Notes: generated from the letters alone by a model not told the origin. A DNA stretch of 64,000 nt from Hydrolagus affinis (GCA_012026655.1 JAAILG010000602.1:1-64000), one strand, 5' to 3'. Numbered from the stretch's first letter, positions 1 through 13,235 are shown. Program-made: numbers and translations.

Positions 1-55
1 TCGTTTTTTTTAATGGCAAACAGTACCAATGTGTGGGGCTGAGATTTATCTTTGA

Positions 56-110
56 GGAGGGAGAGAGAGGGAGACAGACAGAGAGAGAGACAGAGAGACA
101 GACAGAGTAG
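56..110. repeat. (GA)n/(GACA)n microsatellite at the start of LAMC1 intron 1
   Basis: gagagagagggagacagacagagagagagacagagagacagacagag. Confidence 0.8.
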
Positions 111-137
111 GGGATGAGAAGAGATTTTCGGACTTAC

Positions 138-522
138 CCAAGTGCAAAGTCAGGTTGATGGTGGTGGGGTACTGGATTCCAGCCAACATGGTCTGACTCT
201 GCCACCAGGTCGTGGCGGCTTGGTTGTTGTAGTCGGTCAGGTAGACAGCGCTGTGGTGAATCCGGGGGTCGCTGGCGTCGCACAGGTGGCAGGACTTGGT
301 CACCCCGGTCACCCCGGTCTGCACACAGTACTCTTCAAGCGGCGAACCGCAGGTGTTGGTGGCCACCACGGTCACGTTAAACGCGGCGTTGACGAACTCG
401 GGCATGCAGCGCTGTGCTCTCCGCTGCGGCGGCTCGGATCCCTCGTAACACTCGTCCATCGCCGCCCGGCACTGACCGAGCAACAGGCAGCCGAGCAGGG
501 AGACCCGCAAACCCCACCGCAT
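138..522 (-). CDS. LAMC1: Laminin subunit gamma-1, coding exon 1 (signal peptide and start of the laminin N-terminal domain); gene continues beyond window start
   Basis: ATG at 522 in context [34 protein letters not shown]...[44 protein letters not shown]...[22 protein letters not shown] matches LAMC1. Donor G|GTAAGT at 138/137. Position next to SHCBP1L and DHX9 as in mammals. Confidence 0.95.
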
Positions 523-729
523 GGTGCCGAGAGACCGACACAGCCCGCGCTCTCCTCTCCTCCACTTCCCCGATGCCTCCAGCGCCATCACCAGCCCCCC
601 TCCCCTAGTGAGAGAGAGAGATATAAACACACACACACTGTACAGCGGGTAAATCACAGCGCTCCCAGTGCAATGTGGGGCCCAGCAATCTGTGCACTGC
701 ACTCACTTAACACATGACCACTTCCGCAA

Positions 730-965
730 GGAGGAGCGGAGGGGGGGTGGGTGGGGAGAGGTGGGGGGACTGAGAGAGGACAGGGAGGGAGGGGGTGGAG
801 GGCGAGAGAGAGAGGGAGGGTGGGAGAATGAGAGGAGGGAGAGTGAGAGAAAGGAGGGAGGTGGCAGAGAGAAGGGAGAGTGAGAGAATGAGAGGAGAGT
901 GAGAGAGATGGGAGGAAGATGGAGAAGGCAGAGGGAGAGTGAGGATGGAGAGTGGAGGGAGAGAA
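730..965. promoter_or_regulatory. Polypurine/polypyrimidine, G-run-rich tract in the LAMC1 proximal promoter or 5' region
   Basis: About 230 nt of mostly G/A on the + strand with many GGG runs, 210-440 nt upstream of the LAMC1 ATG. Confidence 0.55.
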
Positions 966-1169
966 ACTTACATTCATCAGCTTTTTTTTAAAAAAGGTCC
1001 CAAGATCATTACAGCCAATAACTAATCTGTACATTCTGATACAGCGCCTCACATGTCTCCCCCTGCACTTTGCAGGGTTTTACAACTTGCATTTACACCC
1101 TTTACACGGGGAAGTGTCTCAGAATCCTTGTGCATTAATGTTGTAACTGTATTTTGTGGACGAACGCGG

Positions 1170-1506
1170 CAGCTGGATTGCACGCAGCATTTTCCCACCA
1201 ACAGCCGTGAAATGAACAAGTGTTTTTTTTTAAAATAATTAATCTTTAAGGAGAAAAAATTAATAAACTCGCCTCTCCTTTTCGAGTACCAGCACCGCGG
1301 GAGCTGCCAATGTCTCCCCGAACAGTAGACAGGACCTCGGTTTGACATCTGAACCGAAGGACGCCACCTCCCAACAAATGCAGCGTACCCCCACTGAAAC
1401 ACTGAACTGGATTGTTAGCCTGGACTACGAATTCCGAGCCCTGATGTGGCACTTGAACTCACAATTTTCTGATTGACTCAGAGGCAAGAGTGCTACTCGC
1501 TGAGCC
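1170..1506 (-). mobile_element. Old Deu-domain SINE (SacSINE1/AmnSINE1-like), degraded
   Basis: ggacctcggtttgacatctgaaccgaaggacgccacctcc...cactgaactggattgttagcctggac...cagaggcaagagtgctactcgctgagcca resembles the recalled DeuSINE body and head in reverse. Confidence 0.55.
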
Positions 1507-4224
1507 ATGCCAACACTTTTCTTCCCTTATTTTCTTCTCCCTACCCCGACCCCTCCTCCCCTACCTTGGGACATTGTTGTATTCTTTGAGCTGTCAATAA
1601 GACGTGGAAAGTGCTATATAAATGTGAGGATTATTATTATTATTATAACACTGGTAATGGTGATCACAAATGTATTCTAAGTAATGGGTGCCAATGGGAC
1701 TCTGAAAATGAACCCCCCCTAATTTTACTCTCCCAACTCTTCTTTAGTTAAAAATCTCTTTTGCTGTGTTGAAGTTGAGAGAGAGTCCTCCACATATGCC
1801 ATCGTTAACATGACTACAGGAGGGTGTGGAATAATTGTTTGGTGACAGGGAATCCTCCCTCCGTGGAGAAGAGCCGGTCCTGGCCTCAGCATCCATCTGG
1901 AATAGAGATCGAGAACTCAACAAAAGAGAGAAGAGTTGCCCTGACCTCCACCAATTCTGTTTCCATATGCGGGAGCTCTGACTCACTCCTGCTCTGCAAT
2001 CCCTGGCCTCTGCACTTGTTAACATGCCTGTGTGGAAGGAGAAACTGAGTTTGGTGTCAGCTGGGATGTATCCAGGGACACTGCAATCTGCCCTAAACAG
2101 TACAATAATCTAAAACTGCTCTCTTAAAAAAAACACATGATATACAAGGGAATAGTATCCTCTGTAAATATTTTTTTTCGGATGTCAGATTTCATTTTTT
2201 AAAGATAGGTTTGGGTTAAACAAGTAGAAACACTTCACCAGAAATTTGTTCTGAATTTAGTGACCCAGAACTGACCACACATTTTGCCAATGTAAGCAAC
2301 TACTCGCTGCTTTCCCACATGTTCTGCTGAAGAAGACCTCACAGCTGAAATATTCCTAAGCATTTTCATTGCAGACCACAGAACAAGAGAAACCAAAGTA
2401 TCTGACACAAATAGGATCTTTGAGAATTCTGATCTGAGTGAATGTTATTGCAAACCTATACCCAGGTTTGCAATGAAAATCAATTGAGATAATGCTGAAT
2501 CTAAGGGTGCCATGGCACCTCCTAGAGGCTTAGATCAGCAGTAGCAACGATAGTGGTCACAGATAAAATAAGACAATTCATCGCTTCCTGCCCAGGAGGA
2601 ATAAATGAGACCATGGGAGTCCGTCAAAAAGTGGAGAGGATGAACAGAAGGGGAATTAATCAATTGTAAAAAAAAATTAGCAATCTAGTTAATTCAGTTC
2701 TGTGTTGTTCAGTGATGAAAAGGCCTTGAAGTCAAACTAGGTTTAGGCTGCAGGTCTGTCTGCCTGTGTCAATACCCTAGCTTACCCCAATAATACTAGA
2801 TGTGCTTGTTCTGAAACCTGAACTGAATATGCTCCTTGTTCTCCACAAGTGCCTACAAAAAGTTGCCTCACTTAACAATAATTGCTGTAACATGATCTTA
2901 GATGTGATAAGGCATGATTAAAAACCAACTTTTTACTGTATAGTATAATAATATACATTATAACAGAGTAATTCCTGTAATTGTAACAGGGTAACAGAAG
3001 CTTTTTGGTCAGCTAGGTGTCTAACACATGTGGAAACCCATCATTGTGCTTAAGAGCATCAAACCAAGCTGAGAATTCCATGCATCCACACATGGAAATC
3101 CAAGAGATAGATTGTTGGAATGGAATGCACACTCTCTCCCTGGAGGGACGCATTCTGCTTATCTAATTCCGGAAAGTATTAATAACAACACCAACAAAAT
3201 TACATTTGTATAGTGCCTTTCATGTCGAGAGGATTGTAAGCACAGATTGTCAAGAGCCAAGGCTTGGGGTGTATGTTGGGGATAATGCTGCAGCCTAACT
3301 AGCCCCCAAACCCATAGCTTGCTATGATATTGCTGTCCAGCAAGGTTTCCCACGGCTTGTCCAGCTAGGACCACCCCAGCACCTTTCAATAAGGCTTTGA
3401 CTTGCAGGATTAACAGGAGCTGAGTGAGATGACTCCCTGTCTCCAGTGACCGGTCTGCCATTCCAGGACCTGCTGATGAGCCAGGCTGGCTGGAGTACTG
3501 CAGCCATCAAAGCGATCCTTAATGCCCTGAAATACCATGGACCCACATGGCTCAGGAATGGACTATCAAGGCCACAACAGAGGGCTGGCTCAATTCCGAC
3601 ATCCCATTGCCATGCATGTCTCCTTGGCGGCAGTTCATTTCGAGGAGACCCAACTTACCTCACCCCAAGGAGGATAACACGATGCAGTTGAAAGAGCCCA
3701 TTTTGTAAAATAAACAAGGTATCTGACCTTTTTTGTCAGATACACTCATTGATTTGTAATAAACCAATCAGCACAGTTTATCTTTAAGAATCTAGCCTTC
3801 CCAAACTGATTGAAGCAGTTTCAAAGAAAACAGCCATTTGGAAGCAACAATGTAATCTTTTGACAGACTTGCAAATAGGAGTGATAAATGGTTTCTGTTG
3901 TATCAGTTTCTTTCATTAGAGCATACAAACTTTATGATAAAGCAAACAAAATGCATTAGTGGACTCAGATATTTTCCTCCTTGCTTTAGTAGCCACACTA
4001 TAGAAGGAATGTAAATTAAACGGCACTTTTTTTAAAATTAATTTCTCTCTCTTCAGTGGCCTAGTGTGTAAATGTTGAATGGTGTAAGCAGTGAGCCACA
4101 TAGATCAAAAAACTGCAGTTTTAAGGCACCATCTATTGCTGAATTAGCGTATCACAGCTCTCAAGCAGTGCAGAGGTTGGAGGCATGACTATCAACATCA
4201 GCAACTGTCAACAAGAGGTGGAAA

Positions 4225-4546
4225 AATAATAACAATAATAATAATAATCCTACATTTGATATAGCGTTTTTCATGTCTTTTAGACGTCCCAAAGCACTTC
4301 ACAGATTATACTGTAAAGTAAATTGACTGCATATTTGTGGGCGAAATGGAGAAGCCAATTGTGCACAGCAGTGTCCCACAAACCATCGTAGATTGAAACG
4401 ATCAATTGTTTTTTTTAGGGATTATTATCACACATGTGGAGTAAGGGAACTTGCCCAGGATGCTCAGTTTCACCCTGCCTGGAATTGAAGCCAGGTTTCT
4501 CACTTGCAAGGCAAGTGCTCTAATCACTGAGCTACAGGAATCCACA
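4225..4546 (-). mobile_element. Full-length tRNA-head/Deu-domain/L2-tail SINE
   Basis: On - strand: tRNA-like head TGTAGCTCAGTGATTAGAGC..GGCTTCAATTCC, Deu-like core TTTGTGGGACACTGCTGTGCACAATTGGCT, (TTA)n tail; many copies in the window. Confidence 0.85.
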
Positions 4547-4794
4547 AATATGTTGGTTCCCACTAATGATTTATATCCAAGAGAGTGAATTGATTTTGGT
4601 TGAATCGGGAGATGACATACTGATGAATTTTGCATATTGAACTCTCATAACATCCCGATCATCTCAAAATGACTTGTACTGTGCTGGGCATGAGTTGTCT
4701 AGCAGTCAGTTGGCTAGTATGTCATTTCATCTCTTGCATCTAATCTGAATTTAACCAGTGAAAAGGAAGGCTCAAAGGTCCCTCTTTGATAATT

Positions 4795-5098
4795 ACAATC
4801 ATCCTTACATTTGATATAGTGCCTTATCAAGTCTTAGATATGTTTCAAAGCTCTTCCAGAATATATTGTAAAGTGAATTGACTGATATTTTGTGGGAAAT
4901 TGCACATAGTAATATCCCACAAACAATCGTGAATTATTGAGTGACCAAATTATTATTATTTATATCTTACTTTTTTTTAAAGGGATTACTATCCATGGAA
5001 AAGCAATCCACCAATCAACTGCTTACTGCAAGGTAAACAGAGGTGTGTGGGGTAAGGAAACTTGCCCAATGTTTCTCACTGCCCAGGAATCGAACCCA
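4795..5098 (-). mobile_element. Same SINE family, diverged copy
   Basis: atccttacatttgatatagtg...cccacaaacaatcgtg...gtaaggaaacttgcccaa...ggaatcgaaccc. Confidence 0.75.
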
Positions 5099-5649
5099 AA
5101 TTGAAAATATGTTTTGAGAGAGTAAGACATGCTCTTTCTACAAGCCCTTGGCCTTTCCAAAATACCCTGTTAACTTCCCCCGCTTCTTCCTATTATATTG
5201 TTATATGACCAGGCAATGCCACATGTTCTTTTCCTCCTTTCTTATGGAGCTTTACCCGCGGCCTGGAATTTCACCTATTTTGACCATTTTTATCTTTAAA
5301 AACTCTTACGTGTGTGTGCTGTTGGGGCAATAAAGAGAGCTTTGATGGCTGTAGGATGCAAAACAAAATGTGTTTAGAAACCTTAACGTATTTCCTAGTA
5401 GGTGGAAGACCAGATCATAAAACTGTCTATAATTCACATCAGTTCTCACTCAGGAAAGCCATAGAATTAGCTGATGTGGGAAATCTCACATGAGGGTGAT
5501 GAACGGAGCCATAAAGATCAGGATGATCCTTGTTTGCTCCCCAGCCTGTGCTAAGATGGCTGATCCCAACTGTAGCATTTACCTCAGCAATGTTGAAATT
5601 TGTTGAGTTGGTTGGCCAGCACAACTGAGGAATCAATGGTTAATTCTAT

Positions 5650-5905
5650 ACAACAACAAAATTACATTTATAGACCGCCTTTCATGCTGGGAGGATGTCC
5701 CAAGGCGCTGAACAGTTAGGTCAGGACCCGAGCGGGTGGGGGGGTGGCAGGGTAGGGGAAAGGAGAGTTGGAAAAGGGGGAGAGTTAGGAGGGGAGCAGA
5801 AGGCACTGTCAAAGAGGAAGGTTTTGAGACCAGCCTTAAAGAAGGAAAGGGAGGAAGCGAGGCAAAGGGATTGCAGGATGGAGTTCCAGAGTGGGGGCAG
5901 AGATG
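5650..5905 (-). mobile_element. L2-clade LINE 3' fragment with (TTG)n tail
   Basis: caacaacaaaattacatttatagaccgcctttcatgctgggaggatgtcccaaggcgctg; - strand reads LWNSILQSLCLASSLSFFKAGLKTFLF, typical of the L2 ORF2 end. Confidence 0.8.
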
Positions 5906-7489
5906 GACTCCAGTTCATAAAAATGGACTCCAGCACACTGCTTCAATAAGTAAAACATAGCAATCCCGATTCTTTAATAGCCTTGGAGTAAATTAACTAA
6001 TCGTTGCTGAGGAATTTGTCCTCCTGTTTGTGGAAGGAAATTAAGGGTGACCAATTGAGTCTTTTTAATCTCATTTAGAGGAGATGGGCAGGTTGAGTCT
6101 GGTAAAGATTACATGAAAATGGTGGAAGGATAAGAATGCTGATAAGCAGTCGGCATCTGTCAACATTTGCATTACTTGACTGAAATTGTCGTACTGCAAG
6201 ATTTTTTCCACCCTCCTAGAAATAAACAGATATTATATATTGCAAATGAAAAGCCGGAACCTGGACTAAATAATAATGGTTCAGTAATTAATTATGTTAT
6301 GAAATGGGAAAGCAAAGGTATTTTCAGTGATGTGAGATCTTCACACTGGTTACATGTCATTGCTTATGGTTAAATTTACACAGCCATTTTATTTCTGGAA
6401 CCGATACGATAAAGTTTTCTGCTGCATCAGTGTCTTTTCTTAGTTCATTACCTCATTAAAATGTGTCCATATAGTTACTCTTCTCATAGTATCCCAAATC
6501 TCTGAACGTTTCTGAGCTCAGCTGCAACATGATTATTAGAGCAATTCCATCTGTTATTTTCTTTACTGTATTAACTTATTTAGCAGTTATCAGCAATATA
6601 GCAAATATGTTTGACCAATACATCTGAGATCATACATCAACATACTTTGTACTGAAAAACATCTAAATTTCCTAAAATAAGGCAAAATCTCTTTAAAAGC
6701 AAGTAAATTGGACACATTGCAGACACACCAAACATGTGAAATTTCAGTACAGTACTAATTTGTGGGAAGAAACCATTTCTTCACACAGAGTTGTGAGAAT
6801 ATGAAAATGAACTATTCCAAGAAGGCTGTGGATATTAAACTGATTTGGATGCTTGAAAAGAACTTATGAACGATAAATTATCTTCATTTTCTCACCAATA
6901 TTTAACCCCCCAACCTTTCAGGATATATAACTTTGTACCAGACCATTGAAAGAGCTTTAATTTATCCTTCATGTTTAGAACTGTTGATACCAATAAATGT
7001 TGGGACTGCTCAATATAAGTAACAAGTTACTATAACTTGCTCCAATGTCATTTCCACAATTTCAGTTAGAAAATTAATCTTGTCAAAGTAATTCATTCTC
7101 AATGTATATGTAACAATTCCATACACCACTTTCACATGTATTCAGTCTGGAGTTTTGAGTACGGTAATATGTTTATTCTCATCATCTGTAGCGAGATAGG
7201 AATTGCCAGCCAACATACTCTCATGAGATCATCTGAGCTTGTGTTTGCAAAATAGTACAGTACTTGGCACTTTTTACTTGCCAATTTCTGAAACTTGTTT
7301 GCACGTAAATACCTTCTATTTTCAGGGGTTATACTACTGTTGACGTTATTCTAACCTCTTAAAATACACATCTTCTTAGAATATGTATTTTCAGCTGATC
7401 TACAACAAATGAAGATAAAATAAAAGCATCTGAATAATCTCCAATTATCACGATAGCCAATCATTCACATGCCTGGGGCAGCAGTAAGT

Positions 7490-7725
7490 CTGCAGACCAG
7501 AAGAATGTAGGTTTGATTCAGTCTTGGCGTTATCTGCCAAAACAGAGGTGAACAATTGAGTTGTTTTAACTGGCCTTAGCACTCCTGGCTAGCAAGGGGG
7601 ATGGTGAACGCAGGTTCCCTCTTGAAAGTTAGCTTCTGTTAGGCTGGAACCTGTGTGGGATGTTGGATGGAAGAAGATTATGAATGATGCACTGTTCAAC
7701 AGAATAGCCTACTGGAACTCAGTGC
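7490..7725 (+). mobile_element. LF-SINE-like ancient SINE, degraded
   Basis: gaccagaag..ggtttgattc..ctggccttagcactcctggctag..caggttccc..gaatagcctactggaactca follows the recalled LF-SINE motif order. Confidence 0.5.
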
Positions 7726-9194
7726 ATTTGAAAAAGGGGCTACTTGCACATTGTGCCATAGGATTACTGGCCTTTGAAATCATAATCCAGAATCAGTTTT
7801 CTGGGGAAAAGGTAAGGAAAGAGAAAACAGCTGACAAAAATAAAATGGAATCAATTGTAAGTAGACATATAATAGAGAATGTTCTTTGATTGTAGATCAC
7901 ATGATGAACTAATCCTCTGATGAGGGTTTCCAGAGATCTTTACTGCAATGGGTATTCAGCTTTATTGGTAAAATGATAAGGTTCAAGATTTTTCATGTAA
8001 AACCGTCACGATTATTGGTCTAATTTGGTCTAACTCAAAAAAAGTAACAGCATTACTAGCACAAGACAAAACGTGAAGAATGACAAGTCCACCTGTTCTG
8101 TAGTTAGGTCTGGCCATTGAAATTACAATCCATTAGAAAGGACTTGTGTCAGCTTGTTAATTAGATTGTCTGAGAACAAGTTGTATACCATGAAATACCC
8201 AACAAGGTCCTGCACTAAAATCCAAGCATTTAGGAGGAAGATTTATTTCCAAGTTTAAAGCTAGAAAAATAAATGAATTTGAAGCTTTTCTACTGTGTGA
8301 ATAGCAATTTTATGGAAACAATTACAGTAATACTCAGAAGTGAAGGCTAACAAAGAACCAATTACATTTGATATACAAACCATTTAGTAGCTTTCAACAA
8401 TCCTATTTTCACTAAGATTTTTATTTCCTAACCATTTTTCTATAAACAGTGCCTCCTTTCTTAACACGTTTAGCTTGCTGTCTGGAGACAAGCAGAAACC
8501 TCTGTTTGTGGAAGGAAATGCCTCTCTGCATTTATAAGCACAGCCTTCAAGACAGAACTAACTGCACACAATTTTCCACTGCAGCAACGCTGCTCAGTTC
8601 TACACAAACAAAAGACTAACTTTAGCTGGAAGTGCTCTTTTATTTTCCCCTGACAAGCAGGGTGGAGACATTGTTCAAAAGCTGAAAACAAATTTGTATG
8701 TTCAGGGAAATCAGATGAACAGAGGTGGCTTTGTGCTCAGTTAATTAATCACTTATTCTAATTCACCTGAATTAAATGCAACATCTGCAACCAGAAAGTC
8801 TTAGGAATATGGTACGAAGACAATAATGGAAGCAAAACTATCAAATCTTTATTTGGAGAGTTTAAAAAGGTAATGCTTATGTAAAATATTTCTTATGAGC
8901 ATTCCAATTTCAAAACTTTTCCCAAACATTCATTTTACATATTTACCACTTGTTTCTATTACCATAAAAACTGCAGTTACATTGAGTAGATAGATGCCTT
9001 TGCCGTTTTGACAACAGTGCTTTTGCTATCTTCACCTCCTATGGTGACAGCTTTGTATGTGTGTATGCTATCCATACATTAACACTAACTTGCATTTATA
9101 GAGCGCTGGGCAGCATCCAAGAGCGTTTAACAATGATGTAACTAACTACACTAAACATGCAAGCATAATTATTAAAAGAAAGAGGGAGGTGAGG

Positions 9195-9410
9195 AGAAAT
9201 TGTTTTCACACAGCCAGTTGTTCAAATCTGAAATGCGCTGTCTGAAAGGGTGGTAGAAGCTGAATCGATAACAACATTTAAAAGATTATTTGGGGAGGAT
9301 AAGTTTGCAGGGCAGATGGCAGGGGAATGGGATTGTTTTGGATAGCTCTTTCAAAGAGCTGGTGCAGACACGATGGGCTGAATGGCATCCTTCTGTGCTA
9401 TATAATTCTA
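9195..9410 (+). mobile_element. CR1-clade LINE 3' fragment
   Basis: gaggagaaattgttttcacacag..gtggtagaagctgaatcgataacaacatttaaaag..gatgggctgaatggcatccttctgtgctatataattctatg. Confidence 0.7.
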
Positions 9411-9464
9411 TGTGGGTCTTGTTGGCATCATATTTTTCTAGCTGTGGGCAGAATAAAATATCAA

Positions 9465-9556
9465 AACAACAAAATTACATTTTATAGCGCCTTTCACGTC
9501 GGGAGGATGTCCCAAGACGCTGAAAGCGCTATACAAATGTAATTTTGTTGTTGTTT
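9465..9556. repeat. Inverted pair of L2 tails forming a palindrome
   Basis: aacaacaaaattacattttatagcgcctttca ... tgaaagcgctatacaaatgtaattttgttgtt. Confidence 0.8.
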
Positions 9557-10661
9557 CAGCAATGCTGCTGGCCTGCACAAAACCTTTTCAAAGTCAGGTG
9601 TTGTCAAACGGCAACTAAAAAAGTACGTGGACTCGAATCATTGCCAATTCCTTCTTTTTCCTCCCTTTATCCTGGCACCATCAGTCAATTGGTAAATGGT
9701 TCTATCGTAAGCAGTTCCCAAGTAGAATGCATGGTAAATGCAGAAGACTGTATCAAGCAAGTGCCAGAGCAACTGGAACATAAAACTCCCATTTAAGTCA
9801 TCACAACACAAGTCACTACACAACTTTTCTCACTGTTGTTGTACAAGTCTTTACATAATTTCCTTCACAAAAAATAAAATTCTGGCATGAGATTCTTATT
9901 TTTGTTGTGAATTTTTCAGTTATGGAGTATTCAATTATTATTTTTCAAAGCAAATTCTTTGCATCATTGTTAATCTTGATGCAGAGATTTAATTACATTA
10001 GGCAAGTAAACAACCAGTACAGTCCACATCCTCTTCTATTCGCAAGCCTGATGACACCTGACGCATATACACAAAATTCTTGATCTACAGCGAATATATC
10101 CCCTTTTTCATTTCTATGTTAATTCAGCTTCATTTTGCTAAATTAAAAAAATTCTTTGTTAATCCTGCAAATGAAAAACTTTTTCAGCAACAATAAAATT
10201 TGTTTGATATAAATACAAGTACACATCTAAAATACTGTTTAAAAAATACTTTAATTGAAAAAACAAGGATTTCTATTACAACAATGATAGGTAAAATACC
10301 TGTATATCATTGGCAAAGCAATATTTGACTCCTGTTTGAAGAAATCTTATAGAAAACAAATGAAATAGGCGTTGGTAAATATAATACTGTCACATACAAT
10401 AAAAGCATTTGCATTCAATATAGTGCCTTATTATTTCATCAAAACATCTCAAAGCACTTCATGTGATGTTACTGTGTAGTGACGGCAGTTGAAGGCAACC
10501 GGTGCGGCCAATTTACACACTGTAGTGTCCCACAAACAAACTTCAATATTACATATCAATATTGGATATTTCATTACCAGTTAACTGCTAACAATCAGGG
10601 AACAATTCAAAAAAGATGGAAATTTGGACTCCAACTTCTCCCAAACATTTCATGACATAAA

Positions 10662-10862
10662 ATGTGTTTGTGGGTGAAATGTGGCAGCCAATTGTGCACT
10701 GTTTGTGGGACACTACTGCGCAAAATCGGCTGTCGAGTTTTGCCCACAGAATATACAGTCAATTTACTTTCAGTTTATTCCGTGAAGCACTATGAAACAT
10801 CTCGAAGACTTGATAAGGTGTTATATCAAATGCAAGGATTAGTATTATTATTATTTATTATT
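10662..10862 (+). mobile_element. Deu-type SINE 3' half with an inverted 5' piece
   Basis: 10662-10699 is a - orientation fragment joined directly to a + copy (tgtttgtgggacactactgcgc...aaatgcaaggattagtattattatt). Confidence 0.7.
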
Positions 10863-11937
10863 ACTGATGCTGTCATGTCTCTTCCATGAAGAATGGACAA
10901 TTGTGCAAATTACCAATAGGAGAGCTGGCATCTGTGTAGCCACGCCTAGCATGCATGGGAAAAGAACATATTCTTCAAATTTGCTTGAATACCAACCAAG
11001 TACCTTGTTGCCTCTAGAGGGCTTTTCATCTGCGCTAGATGTGATAGCAATATAAGTCTTTTATACTTCAATCACTAATGATGACATGCAATGGCAAATA
11101 ATGATCAACCAAAAAAATTACTACTTTTAGTGGTCGGCACACAATAAGCCTAATTATCCTGGCCCTGCCAAACCGAGGAAGCAAGATTAACCTTTTTACT
11201 CCAAACTATTTCAGGAATTTAGAGCAAATCACTGGCTTGAGCAATAGTTTGAAATGAACAGAAAAAGTTTCTCAGAAACAAAATTATATGCAACATGAGC
11301 ATTTACAAATACTGACTTAATTGAGAACAAACTGGAAATGTACTTTAATTTACTTTTACATAATTACGTACTGTATACAGTAAATTCTAACCATCCATGG
11401 AGGGATCGTCGAGGCACAGAATCTTGCAAGCTCAACAAATTTTCTGCGTTACAAGCATAGCCTTTCCATCTTTCAACAATTTGCTTAGACACAATCCAGT
11501 ATTCAGTTTTGCCACTGAAATACATTTTAAGAAATGATTCAAGATGTTTCCTGGTGCTTACGGGTATGTAAAGTAAATTGAATGGGAAGTGTTGACATTA
11601 ATCTGATCAAAGATGTATATGATTCAAACTGCACTGAAGTCTTTGAAAGGCTTCGAAAAGGACCTTGTGTTTCACATTTGGACTAACATGTTTGTCTGCC
11701 TTTTTATGTGCATAGAAGCAAGCTGTACTGTAATTTGTACCCAGATTTCAAACTGCATTTTATGCTCAAACTTTATTTTCAGTCAAATTTTCTGACTTTT
11801 ATCCTTTTTCACTGAAGATTTAATTATACCTTCTCTTTTAGTCTAGCATGGTCTATAGTTTCATTAATGCAGTGACATTTACACATTCATGTACAAATAC
11901 AAGACCTCCAATACCTCATTCTCTGTATTATCCAAAT

Positions 11938-12150
11938 AGTGAGTGTTGACTCGCTATGTGATGGGGATAGCAGTCGGGCCTGATCCTGTCTACATGATAT
12001 CTACGCATACTTACTTTTCAGCTGGTCATGGATAACAATCAGGAACCATACCTGATTTTCCCTTTTATAGGTGCTGAGGCACTGTATTACTGCTACCATA
12101 GCTGAGCTCTTTATTTGGTCAGCTGACACATGCGGAAATTCACTAACATG
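11938..12150 (-). mobile_element. LF-SINE-like ancient SINE
   Basis: gtgagtgttgac..gggcctgatcctgtc..catggataacaatcaggaacc..ctgattttcccc..gtgctgaggc..gctgag matches the reverse of the recalled LF-SINE consensus. Confidence 0.6.
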
Positions 12151-12513
12151 CTTCCAAATATCCAACCGAGACTGAGGGTTAGTACTAAACTAGGCTGAAC
12201 ATGAACGGCCTCTTGGGGGAAAAAAAGATAGTTGGTATAGAACCATAATGTAACAACAAAATTACATTGTATAGTGCAGGAGGAGTTATATCTTTTGGAG
12301 AAGGAAAGAACACTGGGTGGGGGGGTGCAAGCGCAAATACTGAATTTATGTGGACAAAAAGTAGCTGATAAAATATAGCTAAACTTTATCACGACTTCCT
12401 TCTGACAAAATATAGTACTATAAATTGGATCCAGAACATTAGTTTTGGTTTTGCTTCCTGTTGTATCCATTGCTAATTTGCATAAAGGTAATTACATTAA
12501 TTTGAGTATAATA

Positions 12514-12710
12514 AACTCCCTCCTTCAATCTCTTCGCCTCATGCCCTCCTTTTCCATTTTCAGATTATGCCTGAAGACCTTTCTGTTCGACCGCGCCTAC
12601 GGTCACCTTCCACTTCCCTCAGGCTCAGCCCCAGGCTCCGCTATTGCGAAGCACCCTGAGCCACTATTTGGCGTGGAGGGAGCTAAATTCAAGTTGAAGT
12701 AATATTGTTG
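12514..12710 (+). mobile_element. L2 3' fragment
   Basis: NSLLQSLRLMPSFSIFRLCLKTFLFDRAY; homologous to 58510-58708. Confidence 0.75.
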
Positions 12711-13235
12711 CCATTCTATTCATTACAAGAGAGCCATCAAATATTAACATTTGAGCAAAGGGTTACTGGATACTAGCCTTCCTCCTCGTTACCCATTAGG
12801 ATGTAGAGCTTCTTCTCCCACTCTGGATGAATTCAATTAAAACAGTACATAAATACAAATATAAAATTAAAAAATTCCATCTGGAAAGCACCTTTCAAGT
12901 TGAGAGGAAGTTCCAAGGCGCTGAACAGTCAGGAATTAGGATCCGAGTTGGGGTGGAGGTGAGGTAGGAGGAATAAATACATGTAAACGCACATACATAA
13001 TGACATACTTATATCTATAGCAATTCCTATTCTGTTTTGATGGTGCTATGTTCGAACTGTTAATCTTCCAGAAAGCCATCAAGTTCCTGTAAAGAAAATA
13101 ACACTCAGTTGAAAGTACTACTAGATATTATTAGAAATCTATACTTTATCATTTTAGACATATTAAGGATTAATTTGTAATGTTATTATGTCCATTTATT
13201 ATGGACAATTACATTTTACTGTATAATGTAAGCAA

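Noticed and set aside
142-717. 191-aa + strand ORF
   Set aside because: It is antisense to the GC-rich LAMC1 exon 1, has no ATG start and no recognisable domain.
654-1052. 132-aa Pro/Ser/Leu-rich ORF
   Set aside because: It is a translation of the low-complexity pyrimidine tract.
3270-3700. GC-richer block with short ORFs and a strong - strand donor (GAG|GTAAGT near 3659)
   Set aside because: No matching acceptor or homology recognised; an upstream LAMC1 exon cannot be supported from sequence alone.
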